Source: Ascidiella aspersa (lineage: Eukaryota). Taken from it: a DNA stretch of 64,000 nucleotides. Each line of letters begins with the position of its first letter. Positions within the stretch are counted from its first letter, which is position 1. The stretch spans positions 18,414,001 to 18,478,000 of the forward strand of contig OZ004611.1 in the NCBI GenBank assembly GCA_963924565.1. The letters run 5' to 3'. Both the position numbers and the translations under genes were made by a program. This document shows positions 50,312 through 61,031 of the stretch, in pieces. The notes under the pieces were generated by a model that searched no databases, was not told where the DNA came from, and saw nothing but the letters and a program-made list of their open reading frames with translations.

Positions 50312-50762
50312 CAGGGGTCGGGAACCTTTTTAGCTAAGGAAGCCATATAAGCCAAATATTTTTGGTTGTATTTCCATGAGAGCCATATATTACTTTTTGA
50401 ACATCTAGTTATAGCTTGGCAAAAAAAGTATAAAATGAGCTGTGCCGTTTATTTTGTTCTCATTTAAAGGACAGAACATGCTGTGCACCAAAAATAAATT
50501 AGCGAGGTTTGCGCAACTTTGATTACGGAGTTCCGTTGAAAGAATAGGGCCTTTTGGATATTAAAAGATTTCTTTAAACGGGACAACAGTCTCGAAAAAC
50601 AAATGGGATCCACGCGAAGCGCCGAAAATTTGCTATTATGTGAGTTAAAAACGAAAAACTACAGTAAAGTCCGGAAAGCGGTTGTGGCCGCGTGCAGTTT
50701 TATTTGAGATCATGCTGAGAAATGATAGCTTACATTTTTTTTTCATAGGTTCCCGACCCCTG
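50312..50762. mobile_element. hAT MITE
   Basis: Perfect 16-bp TIR CAGGGGTCGGGAACCT / AGGTTCCCGACCCCTG; TSD ACTTAGAC / ACTTAAAA. Confidence 0.88.
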
Positions 50763-51345
50763 ACTTAAAAAGTGTCATGTTTGTGGCCAATTAATAGAAC
50801 AGGGGGTCCAAGCTCAGACCATCAACAGAACATTGTTTAATTTAACCAGTACCAATAGAGGGTTTACTCAAAGATAACTGATCATAACTGCCATCGAGTT
50901 TAAATTTATTTGGTTGTGAATATAATTGTTTTCTCACAAAATATTAAATAAGTCACTTAACTGGTGCGGAATGAGGGATTTGGCAAGAAATACATCCTAC
51001 TTTTAAGTATCTTTTAACCCGTTTCGCGGTAAGGAACGGTGCGTTCCATGGCAAATTATAAATTGATTACGTTTTGTGATTTTGCCATTGTATGACAGAT
51101 AGACAAGATAAAGGTAATGTTTGCTATTTTGCCTGCAATTTTATCACTTGTTTTTGTGCATACTTACTTCTGTGGGTTCATGGGCCCTCACAAGTTTTTG
51201 CCGAATACACGTTGATAAATATGTTTGCATCGACCAATGTGAGAAACGTAACCAACGATATCAAACACGAATTAATATAATGTGTTGGTCAGTTTCTTTG
51301 TTGCCGAATTATAGTATTTGATATTTTTATGCTTTGCAGGAGTCC

Positions 51346-51396
51346 ATGACAGAACGTAATTTGAGAGCGACTTCTAGAAATGTCATCGGAAAGTAG
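51346..51396 (+). promoter_or_regulatory. Out-of-frame upstream ORF overlapping the SLC26 start codon
   Basis: ATG 51346, 6 nt after the acceptor tttgcag|51340, reads [16 protein letters not shown] and ends 16 nt past the main ATG at 51380. Confidence 0.5.
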
Positions 51397-54300
51397 CCTC
51401 AGTGAGATTGTAATACGAGGCGATGAGGTGGATGAAATCTACACGGAAGATCAATTAACCGCCCGATATGGGATTAAAAAGAAACATAAAACCACTGGAG
51501 AAAAAGTCAAGGCGCAAATAAAGAAGTTGTGCCCATGTTCAAGTGAGATATATTTTGCATATAAGTGTTATACCTTGGTAATAAGGCCGATGACGGATTT
51601 CTCGAAAAATAAAGTAGTACATAAATTAAAAATTAAAACGACTCTTTTAAAGATGGTGATTATGTAATTGTTACCGATAAACACAATCGGAAAACAAGAA
51701 TCCTGGTTTAAGAGGTAGTTATCTTTTACGAAAACAAATATTTTCCATTAATTATTAGGCGGTATTTAGAAATCTTTGTAATTATACCACAACAAAGAAA
51801 TCTTAAAACAAATACTTGCATTCAATTAGCGTCAAAAGTACTCGAAGGCGTTCAATCTACTTTGCCAATAACAAAATGGATACACAAGTACAAGATCAAG
51901 CAATATCTGATAGGCGACATAGTAGCTGGCATTACAGTCGGAGTGGTACATTTGCCGCAAGGTAAGTTTTAAAAGGCATAAACTGCGAAATAATTTATAT
52001 CTTAAACGAGCAAAAATAAAAAAAGAGTTTCTCCTATATCTTAAAAATAAGAAAAGAGTTTCTTCTCTTTCATATTGCTATGAGCTCGACATAACCCATA
52101 CGAAGCGGTATTGCACATAAACTTGTTTTTAAGGGTATTTTTTAACGAAAAAATGTAAAAATCGCTCTTGTGTACATTGTCCGTTTACTCATTTTTAACC
52201 GAGTTTAACCACGGCGTGCCATTCATACCAGCACCTGCTACTCTGGGTTGCAATCTTACGAAAACATTGGCAACAAAAAAGCTAAACAAGTCTTAAAATT
52301 AATGTCTCCTGTATGTAGTACCTCCATAGGAAAACTGGAAAGCATTGCAACAAACTTTTCTTGTGAATATTTCTTGTAAAAATGTGATACAGGAAAAACA
52401 TCTGTGTTTTATTTCTTAAAGGTTTTAGCATAAGTCTCAACTACGCGGCTATGTAACAAACATAAATTACATTTTTAACCGCATTTTTTTGCAGGTCTTG
52501 CCTATAGTCTACTAGCGTCCCTACCGCCCGTCACTGGACTCTACGTTTCATTTTTCCCGGTTCTTGCTTACATCATATTCGGTACGTCACGTCATATCTC
52601 CATAGGAACATTTGCGGTGATCAGTCTGATGATTGGAGCAATCCTGGACGAGGTCTGTAAAAATATTTATTTTCAGCAACAGCAAATGTTCAAATATTTA
52701 GCAAAAAAATATGCAGGAAATATTTATGAAGTCATTGTCGTCATTTACAAGGACGAGGAGATATTTTTATATTATTATACATTCACCATTTTCAGCAGGA
52801 GTTTTGAATACTGTAACTAAAATGGTATAATATATATTTTTATACTGTTGGAATATCATTAAAAAAACAAGCAATGTTATTACAATTTTCACTAAACGTA
52901 ATGTAACAGTAAAGCGAATACGCTTGCTACACGCACAGCCAAAGTTTCGTTTTTCCTTGGCTCAGCGGCCTTCGAACGAAACCTTAGATCGCCCTAAATA
53001 CCATGTTTGCGTCCTTCGATATTTAGCTTGTTTCACCATCGTACTGCGGGGACAACATCGTACAAACCACAACATTTACTGTTGACAACGTTACATCTTC
53101 TAGCAGCGGCGTCAACTGTGAGGACATCTACAACCAAAGAAAAATCCAGTTCGCTGTTGCGCTTTCTGCCGCTGTTGCAATTATTTATGTGAGAAATTTG
53201 TATGATGCACGTTCGTAAAAAGGGGCTAGTCAGGGTAATTATATGTTAAAGCTATCGTTGTTTATAGGTTGTAACAGTAACTGTTTTACGTATAATAAAT
53301 TAGGGTTTAAAGTTTAAACCAATATTTCATCAATAAAAACTTATAAGTGGTTCACACCAACGTAATTTTTTTTTATCATGAACCAATAGATAGGGGACTT
53401 CGGGGTGAATGAATGGAATACGTATTTTGTTGTTTGTACACATAGCAAACACAAAAAAATATACCAGAAACACAATCAATTGTTAATACAAAGCTTTCCA
53501 CCATCTTTGCTGTATATATGAAGTAGTTCGTATGGCAATACATAGCCAAAGTATATATTGTATAACTTTATTCGATAAGTGCCGTTTAAAAACAGATTAA
53601 CATTTCAGGCATGTTTCGCAAAGATATTTAATAAAGCTAACCATTTTTATTTTAACAGTTCATCATGTACATACTACGACTTGGCATTGTTACGGTCTAT
53701 ATGTCAAGCCACATGATATCAGCATTCACGTGCGGTGCCGCCTTTCATGTTATGACGTCACAAGTGCCAAAACTTTTTGGTCTGGACATACCGCGAAAGT
53801 CAGGGCCACTTGCATTTATATACGTAAGAAAATAAACGATACATATAGTAAACCATATTGTGACATTTACCGTACGTGTGCCGTCTTTTTAGCTTGATTT
53901 GGTATAGATATGACCTATATCTTTATCTTGTTTTCCCTAAAAAACGTGGCCATAAATCAGTGATTCTCGTACTATTTGCTGCATGACACACCCGGAACAT
54001 TAGATAACTATATTAAGGTATTTACTTGACCTGGTCGAGAAGTAAGTTATAATTGAATTTGATTGGTATGTAAAAGTGTATATTCAAATAACACGTTTAC
54101 GTTTGATTGTGAGTTATTGAATTGCTTTGTTTAGTGATTCTCGAATTGTGTGTCTCGGAACCTTTTTGCAGTATGGAAAATTACTTATTTGTATTACAAA
54201 TAGGCATGAAGACAAGCATACGAGGCTTGTCGTGTTATAGCCTTATAGTTGAATTGTTGAGTATCCTTGTGTGGTTATGTAAAAAATGTGTGTCGCAAAT

Positions 54301-57300
54301 TTATTGTTATTATTTTAGTGTGCCACTGACTGAAGGAGTTTTACAACCACTGCCTTAAACGTATGATCCAACAAAAATGTACTGTTAAATTTATTTAGAC
54401 TTACATCGAAATATTCTCCGAGTTGTACACGATTAACTGGGCAACGTTCATCGTTTCTGTATGCTGCATTGTGGTTCTCATGATCGGAAAGGTAAGACCA
54501 GTACTTAAAAACTAAGAAAGGAATGATTTATTAACTTTAGTAAACACACAAACAAACAAAAAATCAAACAATATGACCATCAAGCAAACAAAGCATTATG
54601 TCCGGTAACAGATTACTCAATGTTAAAAGTCACGTAGACAGGCGTTGCGTCACACTACGCGTTTGGAAAGTCAGCATGACAGAGCGAAAGGTAAGACCAG
54701 AATTAAAAAAAATAATAAATCTTAAGAGATTAATCATTTACTTTAGTAAACACACAAACAAACAAAACAAACAAACAATATGACCACCGAGCAAACAAAG
54801 CATTATATTCTGTAACACATTCCTCAGTGCTAAAAGTCACGTAGACAGGCGTCGCGTCACACTACGCGTTTGAAAAGTCAGAATGACAGAGCGAATTTAA
54901 GCCAAATCTAAATCAAGCGAAAAGTCGTGGACAAAAGCTAACGGAGTCGACACGACTTAAAAATGCCAAATTACGGAGTTCCTAATTTTGCTACGGCATT
55001 ATTGACTCTTTATACTATTGTTACGACTTTACTAGTAATTCTAGAAAATTACCTAGGCCTCCTGTAAAGTCGCTGTGAGTCCTTAATTTTCGGGCAATAA
55101 ATAACCTACCAAAGAGAACTTATATTAAAGACCACAACAAGAAAACCCAATGTACAGATGTATTGGTTGCAAGAGTAGAATATTACCACACCACAAACAA
55201 TAATGACACTTAGACACACACAATTACTTACAAAGGCGACAGACAGAGCATAATGAAACTTAAAGTTTTACTCGCTAATTTCACAAGGCTTCACCCAGGC
55301 GTCTATCTTCGCTGTAGGCGGTGAGCCGCTCGTAATATACGCTAAAACAAAACTCCTTTTCACGGGAACCGACGCGCTCCCGAAAACCCCAGGCCTGCCT
55401 TACAGGGCGGCCGTTTAGTGGAAAGATAACATTGGGCGGACCTTTTAGTGAGAAGTTAAACCGCGCCGGAAAACAAGCGATCAATGATTGTGAGATTTGC
55501 AGAAATGTTTGAAGACAGGAAAAAACATGTCTAAAGTCCAATTAACGGCGAACACCACAGCGCACAAGAATATTACATTAATATACAATTATATGTCTCG
55601 AAATGCAAAAACCTAATTCCTAGCCCTACATTTAAAAACAAAGGCGCTAAATTAATAATGAATGTTAGAATTTACAGTCGGCGTAATTAGCAACCGCTGA
55701 TAATTTTGTAGTGCTAATTAAGCACGTAACACTATGCAGGGGTTGTGAGTAGTCCTGTAGATTGCTTTGTCTCAAATTAAACTATACAAGATGAAACGTA
55801 TTGTTCTATCAATGTTTTTTAGGTAATTAATGAAAAGTTAAAGGCAAAGCTTCCGTTCCCGGTTCCGTGGGAACTGGCGATCGTGATTTTCAGCAACATC
55901 GCATCTTACTTTGGATACCTCAATCTCAATTATGGCGTCTCAGTTGTTGGAACGATACCGCGTGGGTAAGAAAAAAACATTTATAAAATCGGAGTCAATA
56001 ATTAAAATAATGTTCAGATTTAAGCGCATTTGTCCAATTATATTATAAATGTTAATTTCGAAAGGTATTTGAAGCATATTTAACCTTTTCCCTTAGGATT
56101 CAGACAACAGTTCCCCAAGCGACCGATCTGGGTCAGGTTTTTGTCGGAGCTATTCCGATTGCAATTGTCGCCTACACCGTGGGGGTTTCCCTTTCTGGAA
56201 TGTTTGCCAACAAGCACGCCTACAAAATCAACCCTAACCAGGTAAACCTCGTTAGGGTATCACCTGACAAGCAGTAAACATAAAGAGGACATTTAGCTAT
56301 ATCATAGGATTTAAAAATATATATGCGGTCAATACTTGTCGTAAACCGGCCTTAATATGGCTAAATAACACCCTATAGTTTTTTTTAAATAAGGCTAATA
56401 AATTTTGTCCCCTATTTATCTTTTATGGCTTTTTTATGACATGGCATTTGTGTTATGCCTCGGTAAATTCTGTTCTCTTTTAAAAAATTAAGAAACATTG
56501 TTGGTAATTAACAAGATATGTGGAACAGCAAGGCTTTATTTATAACTGGGTCAAGTTAAGTAAAAATCCAAAAATATTAAAACGGTTAAACAATGTTATG
56601 ATGTAACGCTTAAAAATGGACACAAGGTTCGAAAGTAATTTATGCAGCAAAGCTTTCACCATTATACGCTACAAGTTATATCAAACCTATTTTTGTGTGC
56701 CTTGGCTTGCCAACTATGCACAATAACATTGTAAAACATATAGGATACGTTGGTTGTTTTGCTGTGAGAAATATGTTTAACGCGTGTTATATCTGTTAAC
56801 ATCCAAACAGCCTGATGGTTAACCTAGAAACGGACGTACTTGTGTGCCTAAACATGCAGGTACATATGTATGCCTTATCTGTTACAAAGAACAGGTATTC
56901 TTGTCGCCAAGACACATCTATAAATACGAATCGTTTGGTATGCAATCCCAAAACACCAGGAAACTAAAATATAACCGGAAAACACTGTAATTTCATTAAT
57001 TATTGTTTGTGGGAAATTGGAAAGGATGCTTTGATTTAAAAATATTACTTGGGAACGTTACTTGCTTGTCAAAGTGGTTTCCTCTATACAATAAGAAATT
57101 AAAACATATGAATCGACTTTGCCGTGAGGTTTTTTAACCACAATTTTAGACGTGTTATCCGGTACAATTTTGTTCAGGAGTTGTTGGCTTACGGAATGTG
57201 CAATCTAGTCGGATGTTTCTTTTCATGCTTTCCCTGCGCAGCGTCTCTTTCAAGATCAGTCATCTGGGACGAAACAGGAGGAAAAACTCAGGTTGATATA

Positions 57301-60300
57301 CAAGTTGTAAAACATCGCCAAACCATCCTGTTGCACTAACTAACTGCCGACTCACCTATATACAAGAGCATACCTGGGCAAAATACGGTCCGTGAAGCAG
57401 TTGAATTCGGCAAGGGTTATATTTCCTTAAAACATTTTTTTTTCGGTTTTAATTTGACAAACACACCTGTAACTTTATTCTAGCATGTTTTTTTAAGAAG
57501 ACGAATATTTAGTACAAAGTGTGCAAGACACATAAAACAAATTTTATAGCAACATTTTATTTGGTTGGTTCTAATATTTATATAACTTATACTCTTACGA
57601 ATGGCTGATCCAGGCATGCCGCTTCAAACACTGTTTTTTGCCTTTGGCCGGTTTGTTCTATAATACATTCGAAACTGCACCCTAACTAAATCTCAACAGT
57701 AAGATTAAATTGTTACGAACACCTGCAAAGTTTTCTTACTTTGCGTACAGAAATAGCTGTTAATACAATACCTCTTTTTGAAAACAGCATGTATTTGTTT
57801 TTGGAGACCAGTGTAAATTTAAAAAGCGCATGCTGTTGTTGGACGAACTGGTTTGCAATAATGCAAAAAAGAAAAACTTTCGTTTATTTGGTTTCATTAC
57901 GAAAAGCGTGTTTAGAAGAATTCGCACGAAATGCAAAAAATAATAATATTAAAAGTTGTGCGTTGCCGTTCATATTGTTTAAATAGCCTTCACGATTAAG
58001 TAGCCCTTTTGCAGCGACGTTTAAGACTTTAATTTGGAACATAAAGAGATTTGCGTTGTGACCAGCAACTGGTGACTGATGTCTGCCTGGCCTATGACAT
58101 AAAAACTTATAGACAGGTTTCGGATGTCAAATGTCTGCTTAAAATAGGCAAAATTTTGTATCACCGTACGGCAGCAAACACTTGTGTTTTTTAAGCTTTA
58201 AAACGGTAGTATAAGTTACTGTCAACGGCCGCAAGTGGTGCACCCCTGACCTAAACGTACAGAATGAGATCCTAACCATCATTGAACTTTATTTTAAACA
58301 CTCGCCCAATGTTTTAAGATTCGACGCCCGAATGAACACCTATTTCCCGAAGAACAATATTCCACAGGGCTTATGATATTTTCTATTAATTAAAAGCCCA
58401 AAACACATTACGATACTGTTATCATGTTTGCATTGTGGAAACCAAACAAACTATAGATTCGGATTTGATGCAAATTTTCAGCCTAGTTGGAAGCTAAATT
58501 TGATATTTTTGGTGGCTGTTAAAGTTTGCTTTTTTTGTTTATCATTGTTACCAAGTAAGACCAACAATTCTTTTTCAGGTTACAGGGGCCGTGTCTTCAG
58601 TAGTTGTGCTTGTAATTCTGATGTGGATTGGGCCTTTGTTCGAATCCCTGCCCGAGGCCGCTCTTGCATCAATCATAGTCGTCAATCTCAAACGAATGCT
58701 GTTACAATTTCAACAGGTACAGTATAGCCTAATATAACGGCACGGTATTCAATTCTACTAACTGTTTTAAATGAAAATTTTAGTTTCCATGTCGTCGTAC
58801 AATATACAAAATAAATAAATAAATAAAATACTGGCACCTGTACGCCTAGTCCACAAAAATAGACCAGCTTTAAATGAATAAATAATTTGATTATTATTTA
58901 TCAATGAAAAAAACACAAAAATCTGTTCGTTATAGAAATTGAATTCCTTTTGCAACTGTATAAATGCAATCACAATCTTTCTTGGCCGTTATGCAGCGTC
59001 TAATTTTTGTTGTTGTTTTGCTAACCTGCAGCTCCCCACTTTATGGAAGATAAGCAGGCTAGACGCCATAGTTTGGATGGTCACGTGGATCGCTGTAATT
59101 TTACTCGGAGTAGATTTGGGGCTCCTGATTGGAATCGGCTTTTCGCTTATCACCGTAATTCTAAGGACACAATTGTGAGTTCATATGTGTTTTCATGTGA
59201 CACTATATCAGTTTATTTTAGATCAATTTTAGTATGGTGAACTATTGTTATATAGATATTTTTGTAAAAAAAAATGAAAAATCCTAGTTAAAATCAACTC
59301 CGGTCATTAGTTTGTTTTGGTTTAATATCATTTCCTTTCAGAAATATAATAAAAGCAATTACTAAAGGTTAAATAAAAGTTATCAAATTAGTCAGATAAT
59401 AATATATTACGCCACAGCAAGGCTAAATTTTTGCATGGGCATAAATTATAAAACAGCGGAACGGACCGTATCATAAACTGTAATATATACTTTTTTCAAC
59501 TATAGACGGTTTGGTAAGTATATTAAGTTAAGATTGATTTGGTTTGCAAAATGGTAGGCTAAAAATAACAAGTTAGTCGGCAACTCCTTTAATCCACTTT
59601 GAAATATCCTTCATAAACCAGGGTGGTTCAAACTTGACAGCATCTGGGTCCGCAATGTTAGTAGCGTAATATGCAAAGGCCATACCTAAAACTGGCTATA
59701 AACTTGAGGCAAATATTTCTATATATATTCGTTTAATTTGTTTGCTATATTTAAATTTTATAGAGTAAAAGGCGAAGTGATATCTTCAGTGGGAGAAACT
59801 GATGAATATCGGAACACAAAGAAGTATCATTCCGATGATCAAACGACTGAAACAAGCATACTGATTTTTAATTTCCAATCGCCGCTGTATTTTGCAAATT
59901 GTGAGCTGTAAGTTGACACGTAACAATTTTTTGGGCTAAACCCAATTTCAACCACAACTGTATAAAGTAGTTGTCATTTGTTTCACTGCAGTATTCAAAT
60001 ATCAAAATGATTTATGTTTTTTTTTTCGATTTTTCTACCAAACTTTAGATTTATTCTTTAAAAAAATAACATCTCTCTATATATATATTTATCACGTTTT
60101 TGTCCGATATTTACTTTAATGCATGAAATATACCGCTTTTATGGTATAGGGCCACCCCACATATTTGTATTTCTGCAAATATGCCGAACGTTGCATCTTA
60201 TAACAAAGTATACGTTATAATTTTTTTTATTGAAAACTTTTTTTCGGAAAGCAATGTTGTTTCAAATCCTTTTATTAGGTTTGTCAAGCAGCTCTATAAG

Positions 60301-61031
60301 GATCTCGGGTTTCAACCAGCGCTCGAAATCGCGAAGCGCAAAAAGAAGCAAAAAAGACTTTCCAGCGTAGCCGTAAACAACGCTTTTGTCATCGACAACG
60401 AAGACGTTACTAACGTTAAGTCGTCGGACAACGGCGCAAAAATAAAAAAACAGACAAATGGCATAAGCACTGTTTCGTTAAATTGCCCCACTACAGAAAT
60501 CAAATGTGACAGAACAAAATCCAGCGAAGAGTTACTTTTCGTCATTCTAGAGATGAAGGGTTGTTCTTTTATTGATAACGACGGGATGAAGTGCATTAAA
60601 ACTTTGCACAGTCAACTGAAAGAGCTACAGATTCGTCTGCTACTAGCCCAGTGTTCAGGTTATTAAAATATATTAGGAAAATTGTTAATTTCCCGTTCAT
60701 CCAACTAGAAGAGTACTTTAAGAGCAACTCAATAAATAAATAAAAGCGTATATAGTATATCACAGCATTGCCTTTTAAAAAAAATCGTCGCGGTAATCAA
60801 CTATATCACAGGTTATTTCTTTTTCTTTCAGAAAGTGCAAGACGTTGTCTTAAGGCCGGGAATTTTCCGCCAAAAGCAGATGAGGACCAGCCAGCAGACG
60901 TCGTATTTTTTATTTCCATCTCCAAAGCAGTTTCTTACGCAAGGCGATTTATCCACAACAACGGTAATGATTCGGGTAACGGTGAAGTCTTGCACTCAGT
61001 GGACCAAACTTGCGAGGTCACCAGGTTTTGA
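51380..61031 (+). CDS. SLC26/SulP anion transporter with STAS domain, prestin/SLC26A6-like, ~759 aa
   Basis: 14 phase-compatible GT-AG exons: 51380-51542, 51830-51961, 52495-52652, 53027-53188, 53659-53823, 54399-54491, 55823-55965, 56097-56241, 57178-57291, 58579-58716, 59032-59174, 59764-59907, 60279-60658, 60832-61031. Motifs [54 protein letters not shown]; C-terminus VTRF. Confidence 0.95.
54487..54895. repeat. ~200-bp tandem duplication including a 5' splice site
   Basis: GAAAG|GTAAGACCAG...CACACTACGCGTTTG.AAAGTCAG.ATGACAGAGCGAA occurs at 54487-54685 and again at 54686-~54895. Confidence 0.9.
55019..55731. mobile_element. Solo LTR (Gypsy-like)
   Basis: Inverted termini TGTTACG...CGTAACA, 713 bp, 4-bp TSD CTAT (55015-55018, 55732-55735), no internal coding region. 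Confidence 0.7.
57363..58248. mobile_element. Degenerate hAT-type non-autonomous element
   Basis: Left CCTGGGCAAAATACGGTCCG, right CGGCCGCAAGTGGTGCACCCCTG; flanks ACCTATAT / ACCTAAAC only partly match. Confidence 0.45.
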
